Assembly (NCBI GenBank): GCA_903915125.1
Contig: CAIWRR010000105.1
Span: forward strand, 1 to 44,379
Direction: 5' to 3'
From: Candidatus Firestoneibacteriota bacterium
GTDB lineage: Bacteria > Oederibacteriota > D2-FULL-39-29 > CAIOVX01
DNA length: 44,379 nt
Part shown: positions 8,820 to 17,591 of the stretch, piece after piece
Layout of the letters: each line of letters starts with the position of its first letter
How positions within the stretch are numbered: the first letter of the stretch is position 1
Notes under the pieces: model-generated
The model's input: only the letters and a program-made list of their open reading frames with translations
Databases searched by the model: none
What the model was told of the DNA's origin: nothing
Program-made: the position numbers and the translations under genes

Positions 8820-9878
8820 CTATACCTTGATATGGGCTCGGGGATCATCCTTGCTTTCCCTCCGAAGTTCTTCAAAGAGAGCCTTGGTTTTTGAGGTCAA
8901 AGTTTTTGGAATTACCGCCTTTACTTCCACAAAAAGATCTCCCCTCTTGCCTCCATTTCCGGCGAGGCCCTGCCCTTTAAGCCGGAAAACAGAACCGTTC
9001 TGGGTGTTTGCCGGTATCGCGACCGTAACTTTGTTTTTGAAGACCGGAATATTAATTGAAGCGCCAAGAGCAAGTTCGTGAATTGCAACTGGCACAATGC
9101 AATGCAGGTTCCAATCTCTTACTTCGAAAAAATCGTGTGGTTTAATCTTGACGACAAGCAACAAATCTCCCTTTGCGCCTCTTCCGGAAGGATTTCCCTG
9201 GCCGGCCAAACGTATTTTTGAGCCGTCTTTGGTTCCCGCGGGGATTCTAACCGTGATGGGTTTGGCGATTGTCACTCTTCCCGCTCCGGCGCATGAAGGA
9301 CAAACCGAGTTTCTTGAAAGCCTGCCCTGCCCGCCGCAGGATTCGCATTCTTCATTCATTTGAAGTTGGAAGGTTTTTTCTGCGCCCAGAAATACTTCTT
9401 TCAGATCCAATTCAATAGTGGCTTCCACATTTGCGTTCTTGATGTTGGCTTGCTGCTGGTGAAGTCCTCCCGTATTCCCGAGATTACCGGAGAAGAAGGT
9501 ACTGAAGAAATCAGAAAACCCTCCGGTTCCTTCACTTCCAAACATATCTTCGTCGAACTGGAATCCGCCAAAATCGCCTTTTCCTCCGGCAGAATACCGG
9601 GGTCTGCCGTCGTGTGATTCAGGTTGTCCCTGCCGGCCGGCGTACTGCTGCCAGTTATTCCAGTCAGATCCGAGCTGGTCGTACTTTGATCGCTTCCCGG
9701 CGTCAGAGAGCACCTCGTAGGCTTCGTTGATTTCCTTAAACTTCTCTTCCGCGCGTTTGTTGCCGGGATTTAAATCAGGGTGAAACTTTCTCGCGAGCTT
9801 TCTGTAAGCGTCTTTTATGCTTTTTTCGTCGGATTTTTTGTCAACCCCGAGCGTTTTGTAATAGTCTTTATAATCCAA
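8820..9878 (-). CDS. dnaJ: DnaJ-class J-domain chaperone
   Basis: It has a J domain with HPD (KFHPDLNPG), a G/F-rich linker, two CxxCxGxG boxes ([16 protein letters not shown]) and a C-terminal substrate-binding region. The start is TTG, preceded by the SD AAGAGGG. Confidence 0.8.
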   Translation of the reverse strand: MDYKDYYKTLGVDKKSDEKSIKDAYRKLARKFHPDLNPGNKRAEEKFKEINEAYEVLSDAGKRSKYDQLGSDWNNWQQYAGRQGQPESHDGRPRYSAGGKGDFGGFQFDEDMFGSEGTGGFSDFFSTFFSGNLGNTGGLHQQQANIKNANVEATIELDLKEVFLGAEKTFQLQMNEECESCGGQGRLSRNSVCPSCAGAGRVTIAKPITVRIPAGTKDGSKIRLAGQGNPSGRGAKGDLLLVVKIKPHDFFEVRDWNLHCIVPVAIHELALGASINIPVFKNKVTVAIPANTQNGSVFRLKGQGLAGNGGKRGDLFVEVKAVIPKTLTSKTKALFEELRRESKDDPRAHIKV

Positions 9879-9889
9879 GATGCCCTCTT

Positions 9890-10387
9890 TTATCTGAAGT
9901 TCGTAAACTGGAGCGGAACGCCGAAATCTTTGGCTCGAAGCGCCGCCATTACCGCCTGCAAGTCATCCTTACTCTTGCTGACTATGCGAAGCTGCTCTCC
10001 CTGAATTTGAGCGTTTACTTTGAACTTGGCGTCGCGGATGTATTTTGTTATTTCTTTGGCTTTTTCCTGAGGAATACCTTCTTTTAGGGTTATTTTTTGC
10101 CTCACAGTCATATTGCCTGACGGTTCAATTTTTCCGGCTTCGATAGATTTCGCGGAGATGCCTCTTTTTATGAGTTTTGACTCAACGATGTCCCAGAGGT
10201 TCTTGATCTTGAACTCGTCGGCAGCCATGAGGCCTATCTCTTTTTTTGTTTTATCAAAAGTTATTTCAGCCGGAGCGCCTTTAAAATCAAAACGGTTCGC
10301 GAGTTCCTTTTGAGATTGGTTAATCGCATTGTCCGCTTCCTGCATGTTTATTGAAGACACAACATCATAAGAAAATTCATTTGGCAT
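9890..10387 (-). CDS. yajQ: YajQ family (UPF0234) nucleotide/c-di-GMP-binding protein
   Basis: 165 aa with a typical N-terminus: [11 protein letters not shown]...[10 protein letters not shown]. Confidence 0.9.
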   Translation of the reverse strand: MPNEFSYDVVSSINMQEADNAINQSQKELANRFDFKGAPAEITFDKTKKEIGLMAADEFKIKNLWDIVESKLIKRGISAKSIEAGKIEPSGNMTVRQKITLKEGIPQEKAKEITKYIRDAKFKVNAQIQGEQLRIVSKSKDDLQAVMAALRAKDFGVPLQFTNFR

Positions 10388-11099
10388 TTTCGCCCCCCTG
10401 TCTTTCCAGGCTAAAGTTTGTTACACTTTTGCCGTTTATTGTTCCGAAGTCAACCGGATTGCCGTCAAGTTCAAATTTGACAGCGTCTTTGTTTTCGACA
10501 TTTACAAGTTTGAAAATTTTAGTTGCTTCCCACTTTTCCTTGTGTCCGGCTATCAGCCGCTGTTTTCTTGGTTCTTTTTCACTGTCAATCTTTATTTCAA
10601 ACCAGCAATCCTCCAAAACTTCAGCTGTGAGCGTCATGGGCGGATTCACGGAAACAGAAGATTGAGCGCCGTCTGATCCCCTGGAGCCGCACTGTTTTAG
10701 GCCGAGAAATACCAGGAATATGAGAATTACCGACAGGCCGACAAACAATCCCAACTTTGGTCCCTTTATGTTTTCAAAGAACTGCGTCTTGCCGGGCGCT
10801 ATAATCCCGGGATCTTTTATCTTATCCTTCTCAGGGTCTATGCCCGGCGTTGCAATACTCTCGCCTTTGATTTTCCTGTAGAGCAGAATAAATTCCTCGC
10901 CGTTGAGTCCGAGATGCTTTGCATAGGTTCTCAGGAAAGCTCTTTCATAGGTCGGTCCTGGAAAACCGCTGAAGTCGCTGCGTTCCATCTTTTCCAGAAA
11001 TTTGAGCGGGATACGGAGTTCATCCGAAATTTTAACAAGGGATAACCCTTTCGCCTCCCTCTCAAGTTTGAGTTTATTTCCCAACAGATTTTCTTCCAT
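10377..11099 (-). CDS. rodZ: RodZ-like helix-turn-helix membrane protein
   Basis: The layout is an N-terminal XRE-type HTH, then RAFLRTYAKHLGL, one TM segment, and a C-terminal DUF4115-like domain. Confidence 0.7.
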   Translation of the reverse strand: MEENLLGNKLKLEREAKGLSLVKISDELRIPLKFLEKMERSDFSGFPGPTYERAFLRTYAKHLGLNGEEFILLYRKIKGESIATPGIDPEKDKIKDPGIIAPGKTQFFENIKGPKLGLFVGLSVILIFLVFLGLKQCGSRGSDGAQSSVSVNPPMTLTAEVLEDCWFEIKIDSEKEPRKQRLIAGHKEKWEATKIFKLVNVENKDAVKFELDGNPVDFGTINGKSVTNFSLERQGGENAK

Positions 11100-11108
11100 T
11101 TTTTCTCC

Positions 11109-11762
11109 CTAATTAAGCGAGTCAACTACTGCCGTTCCTTCCGGCGGAGTAAATTCAAAGAGCCGGTCTTCGGCAGCGCCGTTTATCCTGATATTGCTGA
11201 ATTTAATAATAATAAGGCTTGTATCGGAATAGTTAACCGTTATTTTTGCCGGGAGCCAGGTGTTGCGGTCGACAAGGAATACCATCTTCCTGAACTCAGG
11301 GTTCACCGCTCTTGGGACAGATTCTATAGTTACCAGTTCCTCTTGTTCGGAAACATTTTTCAGCGTGTTCTTAAAGTTGCGGCGCAGGGTTGAAAAGAAC
11401 TTCGCGAAACCAAAAAGAATGTTTTCGCGGTTCTTGCTGTCTTTGACGTCCTGCGTGACAACCTGTTTCATGGAAGGCACGTAAATCCAAACCCTCTTGC
11501 CGTTGCATTTTACAATCTGTTCCTCGGGTTCTTTATAATCAACCGAGAACTTATCCGGTTTCTTAAGCGTCAACCTGCCTTTCATGACAACCGGGTCGGA
11601 TATATCTGAAAATGTTGTCTGTTCAATTTCAGCGCTAAAAACAAGAATTTTGCGGGAGAACTCGTTTTCAATATTTCCGACAACTTCATCACCCGTCAAT
11701 GCGGACAGTTGAATCCCCAGGAAAAAAAGCGGGACTATTAATTTTAGTTTATTTAGGGACAT
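11109..11762 (-). CDS. lolA: LolA-like outer-membrane lipoprotein carrier protein
   Basis: It has a signal peptide and LolA-like segments (KKPDKFSVDYKEPEEQIVKCNGKRVWIYVP). The ftsK-lolA gene order is conserved. Confidence 0.7.
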   Translation of the reverse strand: MSLNKLKLIVPLFFLGIQLSALTGDEVVGNIENEFSRKILVFSAEIEQTTFSDISDPVVMKGRLTLKKPDKFSVDYKEPEEQIVKCNGKRVWIYVPSMKQVVTQDVKDSKNRENILFGFAKFFSTLRRNFKNTLKNVSEQEELVTIESVPRAVNPEFRKMVFLVDRNTWLPAKITVNYSDTSLIIIKFSNIRINGAAEDRLFEFTPPEGTAVVDSLN

Positions 11763-13836
11763 TTGATTTTAGTAGTTCTTCAATTTTGTCGAAATAAATA
11801 TCGCGCGGTTTTGAACCCTGAGAGGGCCCAATCAATCCGTTCGTCTCCATAATACTAATCAGGTTTGCAGCTTTACCGTCGCTTACATGAAGCGCGCCTT
11901 TAAGAAGAGTTGCTGAAGCTCTCTTTCGTTCTTTAACGACAATTAACGCTTTGCGCAACAGTCCTTCATCGTCGCCGGCCTCATCAAACCCGGCGGCTGC
12001 CGGAGCGGTTTCAATCTGCGAGTATTCAGGTTTAGCCTGGATTTTCCAGGAATCCATTACTTTTTTTACTTCGCCTGAAGATACATAAGGGCACTGTACA
12101 CGAAGCGGTTCAGGGAATGATGCCAGTGAGAATAGCATGTCCCCTTTACCGAGCAGGTTTTCCGCGCCGCCGGTATCAAGAATTACTCGCGAGTCTGTCA
12201 TAGAGAATACCTGCAAAGCTATCCTTGACGGAAAGTTTGCTTTAATTACTCCTGTGATTATGTCGGCGGAAGGGCGCTGCGTTGCGAATACAAGATGTAT
12301 TCCTACCGCGCGAGACAGCTGAGCCAATCTTGTTATTACTTCTTCAACCTGTCTTGCCTCCAGCAGCATCAGATCAGCAAGTTCATCAATAATTACCACA
12401 ATATAGGGCATTTTCTCTTCCGAGGAAGCGTTATAGGAAGAGATATCACGCGCTCCTATTTCCGAGAGTTTTGTGTATCTGTTATGCATTTCGAAGCTTA
12501 CAGCTTTGAGAGCCTGCGTCGCTTTCTTGGTATCCGTGATTATCGGAGTATAAAGATGCGGGATATCCCTGTAGAGGCTGAATTCAACGCGCTTCGGGTC
12601 AATCAGCAGGACTTTGAGCTCGGCCGGATTGAACCTGTAAAGCAGACTCATAATAATAGTGTTAAGGCAGACGCTTTTCCCTGATCCTGTCGCTCCCGCG
12701 ACCAGAAGGTGCGGCATCTCAGCCAGGTCTGCAATGACTGCTTTCCCGTCAACGGTCTTTCCTATTACCACAGGCATTTTTCCGCTGGAATTCGTGAAAT
12801 CGGAGTCTTCCAGCATTTCACGAAGACTGACAATTACGGGTTTCTTGTTTGGAACTTCTATGCCTACCGCGCCTACTCCCGGGAGCGGCGCGATAATCCT
12901 GATTCTGGTAGCCTTAAGATTTAATGCAAGGTCATTCTGCAGCGCTGATATCTTGCTGACTTTAGTTCCGGCGTCCGGTTTAAGCTCAAACCTTGTAATA
13001 ACCGGTCCTGAAACCGCATTTGTAACTTTTACTTTAATGTCAAAAGTGGCAAGTGTTTTTTCAATTATCTCCGAGTATAACTTTATATCCTCTTCGGAAT
13101 TCACAGGCTTAGGCTTTTCATTTAATAAATCAATCGTCGGAAGTTCGTATGAAATTTCTCCGGGAGCTTTTATTGCGGCCGGATCTTTCTTTTTTTCCGG
13201 CTTTGCTTCTTTAGGCGCTTTTTCCGGGCGCGGTGAAGCGTCCGGTATCTTGGGGATTATTATTGCGCTTTTGTCAGTCTTCCCTCGCGGTTTTTCTTCC
13301 CCTTTCAATAGATCAGGAACAGTTTGCGCGGAAGAACGCCTGAATAGTTTTGCAACCCAAGCGTAACAGCGGGCAAGAATTCCTTTTGCGTGATTGTCAA
13401 ATCCAAGCAGGTAGACGCCAAGCACAAGCGCAAGGAAAGCGATAAATCCGGCGCCAAGAGAGCCGGTGTTATTTTCAAGGAAGCCGCCAAGTTTTAGACC
13501 GAACTGGTTATTGTCACTGATATCTCGGATAGAATTCACGTTCAATATTTTGTCAATTCCAAAGAGATACTGAAAGACACAAAGGCCGGTAAGGATAACA
13601 AAAAAACCGGCTCCTTTCAATTCGCGCTTCTCGATTCTTTCGTCTTTGAAAGAGTAATAGCCGATTACAACGAACAGGACAGGGAACAAGAATGAAACAT
13701 GGCCAAAAAGAAGGTAAAAAGCAGATCGCAGGTACGTTCCGAAGACTCCCAGAAAAACTGAAGGCATCAGCGCCGTAAAAAGAAAGAGCGCCGAAGCGAC
13801 CCATAATATTCCAAGAAATTCGTTCTTCCTCTTCAT
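11749..13836 (-). CDS. ftsK: DNA translocase FtsK/SpoIIIE
   Basis: It has N-terminal TM helices, Walker A GATGSGKS, Walker B VVIIDELADL and a C-terminal gamma winged helix. I set the start at ATG 13836 (SD GAGGG) instead of the TTG at 13926. Confidence 0.92.
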   Translation of the reverse strand: MKRKNEFLGILWVASALFLFTALMPSVFLGVFGTYLRSAFYLLFGHVSFLFPVLFVVIGYYSFKDERIEKRELKGAGFFVILTGLCVFQYLFGIDKILNVNSIRDISDNNQFGLKLGGFLENNTGSLGAGFIAFLALVLGVYLLGFDNHAKGILARCYAWVAKLFRRSSAQTVPDLLKGEEKPRGKTDKSAIIIPKIPDASPRPEKAPKEAKPEKKKDPAAIKAPGEISYELPTIDLLNEKPKPVNSEEDIKLYSEIIEKTLATFDIKVKVTNAVSGPVITRFELKPDAGTKVSKISALQNDLALNLKATRIRIIAPLPGVGAVGIEVPNKKPVIVSLREMLEDSDFTNSSGKMPVVIGKTVDGKAVIADLAEMPHLLVAGATGSGKSVCLNTIIMSLLYRFNPAELKVLLIDPKRVEFSLYRDIPHLYTPIITDTKKATQALKAVSFEMHNRYTKLSEIGARDISSYNASSEEKMPYIVVIIDELADLMLLEARQVEEVITRLAQLSRAVGIHLVFATQRPSADIITGVIKANFPSRIALQVFSMTDSRVILDTGGAENLLGKGDMLFSLASFPEPLRVQCPYVSSGEVKKVMDSWKIQAKPEYSQIETAPAAAGFDEAGDDEGLLRKALIVVKERKRASATLLKGALHVSDGKAANLISIMETNGLIGPSQGSKPRDIYFDKIEELLKSNVPK

Positions 13837-13907
13837 TTTCCCTCGAATAGCGCAGATGCGGAGCAAAACCCGGAAAAACATTGAATTATAACAGAGTTTG
13901 TATTCAC

Positions 13908-13936
13908 ATAATATCAAAGGAGGCAATGGTTGTCAA
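13908..13936 (-). promoter_or_regulatory. Sigma70-type promoter upstream of ftsK (TTGACA-17 nt-TATTAT)
   Basis: The minus-strand read is TTGACA accattgcctcctttga TATTAT. A second extended -10, TGTTATAAT, lies at 13885-13893. Confidence 0.45.
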
Positions 13937-13961
13937 CAAGCACATGGGAATTTGGCTGGTT

Positions 13962-15158
13962 TTACCTGTAAAGTACGGTATACATCACCTTTCCGGAGCG
14001 TTTTATGACTATTAATACTCCGGTATCCTGATTTGCTTTCGCGGTAATCTTGCTGAAATCATCCAAGTTCCTAACCGGCTGTTTATCTGCTTCAATTACA
14101 AGATCACCCTCGTTAAGCCCGCTGGCTATTGCCCTGCTGTTCGGGTCTATAGCCGTTATTACAGCGCCGGCGCGCTCTGAAATATCATATTTCGCTATCA
14201 TGTCGGGAGTAAGATCGGCGACAAGAACGCCGAGGAAATTGACTTCGTTCTGCTTGTTTTCCCTTCCGGCAGGTCCGGCTGATTTCCCTGTAGAGGCAAG
14301 CGTCCGTCCGCTTTTCATCATTTCATCAATTGCTTCTCTGGCGTCATTTACAGGGATAGCGAAACCTATGCCGGCGTATGAACCTGAGGTTGATACTATC
14401 GCTACATTTATTCCTATTACCTCGCCGTCAATATTTGCCAGCGGTCCGCCAGAATTTCCAGGGTTTATTGCAGCATCAGTCTGCAGCAGATTGGGGAGCC
14501 TGTGCACTCCTGTTTCGTCACTGTCCTCAAAGAACCGGCCCATCGCGCTCACAATACCGACTGTGACTGTGTGGTCGTAACCGAAAGGATTTCCGACGGC
14601 AATCGCCCACTGTCCAACCCTCACCTTTGAGGAGTCTCCCAGAGCGGCTTTGACTAGTTTCTTGCGGGGATCTATTTTTATAAGCGCGAGGTCTCTGGCC
14701 TTATCGGCTCCCGTGACCCTTCCCGTATAGCTGCTTTTATCGGAAAGGATAACAGTAATCTTGGTCATTTCTTTTATAACATGAAAGTTAGTAAGAATAT
14801 ATCCGTCTTCCGACACGATTAATCCCGTTCCCAGGCCTGTACGCTTATACTGTTTTTCTCTCGGGCGCTGGAGAGCGTCATCGGAGTTAAAGAAACGGTC
14901 AAAAAGGTCGTTAAAGTTATAGCCATAGTAGCGATACTTCATCACCTGTTCCGTGCTGATATTTACAACGCTCGGGGCAAGGGTTTCGGAAACCGAAACA
15001 AAAGCATCCTGCAGGCTCTCTGCCTGGCGGGTGCCCGGCGAAACCGTGCCTGATGAGGAAAGACCCAGTCCGGAAGCAATAACAAGTCCGGTGATTATTC
15101 CCACCGCTCCAAGTATTGCCGCTCCTTTCTTTGTTTTCTTTGAATTCGTCTGCATCAT
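13962..15158 (-). CDS. htrA: HtrA/DegP-family periplasmic serine endoprotease with one PDZ domain
   Basis: It has an N-terminal anchor, a trypsin-like core with GNSGGPL (catalytic Ser), and a C-terminal PDZ domain. Confidence 0.9.
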   Translation of the reverse strand: MMQTNSKKTKKGAAILGAVGIITGLVIASGLGLSSSGTVSPGTRQAESLQDAFVSVSETLAPSVVNISTEQVMKYRYYGYNFNDLFDRFFNSDDALQRPREKQYKRTGLGTGLIVSEDGYILTNFHVIKEMTKITVILSDKSSYTGRVTGADKARDLALIKIDPRKKLVKAALGDSSKVRVGQWAIAVGNPFGYDHTVTVGIVSAMGRFFEDSDETGVHRLPNLLQTDAAINPGNSGGPLANIDGEVIGINVAIVSTSGSYAGIGFAIPVNDAREAIDEMMKSGRTLASTGKSAGPAGRENKQNEVNFLGVLVADLTPDMIAKYDISERAGAVITAIDPNSRAIASGLNEGDLVIEADKQPVRNLDDFSKITAKANQDTGVLIVIKRSGKVMYTVLYR

Positions 15159-16507
15159 TTTTTGAAAAACCTCGGCAAGTATCTTTTTTGTTTTTGCAGC
15201 ATTTCTTCAAGGAGAACTTCTGCGTTTTTAAAATCCTTAAGGAGCGGATCCAGCATTAAAGCCTGCATGGCAAGTTTTCTGTCTCCCGTCATTGCCGAAT
15301 CAGCCGTCAGTTTGTGGATTGAGCCCATTCTTCCGACAACTTCTGCCACCGGCTTGCTCAAAGCGCCCAGTGAAAGCGCCTTATAGCCAAACTGGCCGAA
15401 AACCGCCGGTATTTCGAGGCAATAGTCGTCAGGCAGATTACTTACGCTTCCGTTGTTAAGGATGTTCACCGCGGGATTAATATTTCCTGTGTTCCTGATT
15501 ATGGACATCATAATGTTATGGGCTTCCTCTCCGGAAGGCTTGTCCATATCCCATGGATCTTCGACTCTTGAAATCCATTTCTTTAATAGGTTTTTTGCGT
15601 TAATTTTACTCTTTATGGCTTTCTTGTAATCTCTCTCATTGAGGCCATAGTCTTTTCCGTTCTTTGAGTTCGGGTCAAGGAAATGCGGGAAAAACTCAAC
15701 TATGTGATTATCTCCCGCTACCGGCATCATTCCGTACCACTTGAAGAGTTTTGCCGTTATATCCCAGTGCTCATGCAGCCGTTCCTGTTCCAGCCAGTCT
15801 TTGCTGTTCTTCTTTCCTTTCTTGGGCTTTGAGATGTGGGCGATGAAATCATCGTACCACGCGGCCGTCTTGTTTTCCCCTTTAACCCAGACTTCTTTTA
15901 CCCAGGTGAAATGATTAGTCCCGGCGGCAAAAACACTTATATCTTTTTTCTCTGCGCCGTAGACCTTGCAAACCATCTCTTCAACTCCGCCTATGGCATG
16001 GCATAAACCGACGCATTTGATTTTGCTGTAACGCTGCACGACGGAGGTCAGCTGGCTCATGGGATTAGTAAAGTTGATGAACCATGCTTCCGGGCAGAGT
16101 CTTTCCATGTCTTTAACTATTACCATCAGAGCTTCAATGTTTCTTAGGGACCTGACGAGCGCGGAAGGCCCCATGGTGTCGCCTACTGTATTGCTGATAC
16201 GGTATTTGCTGCAGATCTTTCCGATCTCCATATCGGCCAGTTCACCGCCGACATTGATACAGAGCATAACGTAATCAGCACCTGCCAGCGCTTTTTTTCT
16301 GTCCGTTGTACCTTCAACCTTTATATTGGTGCCGGAGATTTCGTTCATTATCCTGCAGACAGCCGAGATATATTTTATGGGCTCGGGATTTATGTCAAAA
16401 AGCACTACAGTTGAGTTTCTTAATTCTTCTATTTTCACAAGGTCCTTGAAGACTCTGTGGCAGAACAAGTAACTGGCTCCGACAAAAACTATCCTGTAAT
16501 CCTTCAT
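15155..16507 (-). CDS. Glycoside hydrolase family 4 (NAD/Mn-dependent glycosidase)
   Basis: 450 aa with an N-terminal Rossmann fold (IVFVGAS), FINFTNPMS and the VGLCH motif typical of GH4. Confidence 0.8.
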   Translation of the reverse strand: MKDYRIVFVGASYLFCHRVFKDLVKIEELRNSTVVLFDINPEPIKYISAVCRIMNEISGTNIKVEGTTDRKKALAGADYVMLCINVGGELADMEIGKICSKYRISNTVGDTMGPSALVRSLRNIEALMVIVKDMERLCPEAWFINFTNPMSQLTSVVQRYSKIKCVGLCHAIGGVEEMVCKVYGAEKKDISVFAAGTNHFTWVKEVWVKGENKTAAWYDDFIAHISKPKKGKKNSKDWLEQERLHEHWDITAKLFKWYGMMPVAGDNHIVEFFPHFLDPNSKNGKDYGLNERDYKKAIKSKINAKNLLKKWISRVEDPWDMDKPSGEEAHNIMMSIIRNTGNINPAVNILNNGSVSNLPDDYCLEIPAVFGQFGYKALSLGALSKPVAEVVGRMGSIHKLTADSAMTGDRKLAMQALMLDPLLKDFKNAEVLLEEMLQKQKRYLPRFFKK

Positions 16508-16814
16508 GTATTCCTCCTGAAAAGTATTCCGGATTTCTTACGTATCTCTCGAAACAAGTCCTTCGTTTAACATCCTCAAGTAAAACTCTTTGCTTGCTAT
16601 TTTCCGCGCTTCCCGTGGCGTAATATTCCGCTTTGCGGAGCTGCAAAGTTTCTGCTGATTATTTCTTGAATGATGCCAGCTGCGCCTGCCCGAACAACTT
16701 CAGCAATAATTTTAGCCTCTGTCTTATAACTTTTCAAGCGGAAATCGCTCTCAAGCCGTTCATTGGGTCTACGCGCTTCGCCGGAAATATTCCCGGGCCT
16801 TTTAAGCTTAGCGC

Positions 16815-17591
16815 CTACTTTGAAAGTTTTCTGATAAGTTCGGCGTGAATTCTTCCGTTAGTGGCAAGTGTTTCATTTCCATAAATATCAAACTTACCTC
16901 CGGAATAGTCAGACAGCTTCCCTCCTGATTCTTCCACGAGCAGCGCGCCGGCAGCAGTATCCCAGGGCTTCAGTCCCTGTTCGAAGAAGCCTGCAAAGAC
17001 CCCGGCTGCAACATAGCAAAGATCAAGCGCGGCAGCTCCGCCCCTCCTTACTGGGCCTGTTGAAGCAATCTTTTTGAACCAGTCAAACTGTTTTCCTTGT
17101 CTGAGATAAATTGAGTAGGGAAATCCGGTGCCTATGAGCGATTTATTTAATGCGCTCTCCGAGGAAACAGCGAGTCTCTTATTATTTAAAAATGCGCCCC
17201 TGCCTTTTACCGCCGTGAAAAGCTCGCCTATGCAGGCGGCGTATACTGCTCCTGCCACCGTTACACCGTTCTTTTGAACGGCGACCGAGGAACAAAAGAG
17301 CGGGAATCCGTGCGCGTAATTTACAGTCCCGTCAAGAGGGTCAATTATCCAGCGATAATCTCCGGTAATGTTTTCTTCGCCGGATTCCTCAGCAAGAAAT
17401 CCGTGCTCCGGGAATTGCACGCGGATTATATCCTTAATAACTTTCTCGGATTCAACGTCGGCTTTCGTTACAATATTGGTGACGTATTCTTTAAAGCCGT
17501 AACCCTTTAGCTTTCTGAAATACTTCAGGTGAATCTTTCCGGCTTCTTTCGCTGCCTTCACCGCGGTTTTAAGCAGTTTATCTCCTGTCAT
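16815..17591 (-). CDS. Inositol monophosphatase family protein (SuhB-like)
   Basis: It carries WIIDPLDGTVNY and GGAAALDLCYVAAG. The true start is the ATG at 17591 (MTGDKLLKTAV...). The 114-codon upstream extension in the ORF track is an alternate frame of the rlmD tail. Confidence 0.85.
   Translation of the reverse strand: MTGDKLLKTAVKAAKEAGKIHLKYFRKLKGYGFKEYVTNIVTKADVESEKVIKDIIRVQFPEHGFLAEESGEENITGDYRWIIDPLDGTVNYAHGFPLFCSSVAVQKNGVTVAGAVYAACIGELFTAVKGRGAFLNNKRLAVSSESALNKSLIGTGFPYSIYLRQGKQFDWFKKIASTGPVRRGGAAALDLCYVAAGVFAGFFEQGLKPWDTAAGALLVEESGGKLSDYSGGKFDIYGNETLATNGRIHAELIRKLSK

Noticed and set aside
13837-13926. Upstream extensions of ORF-track starts (ftsK 13837-13926; also RR 28329-28436, apbE 31293-31337, NusG-II 34162-34302, mttB 38927-39136, BNR protein 6933-6971)
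   Set aside because: The extensions begin at TTG/GTG, overlap upstream genes, promoters or hairpins, and lack an SD. Internal starts with good SD sequences give family-typical N-termini.
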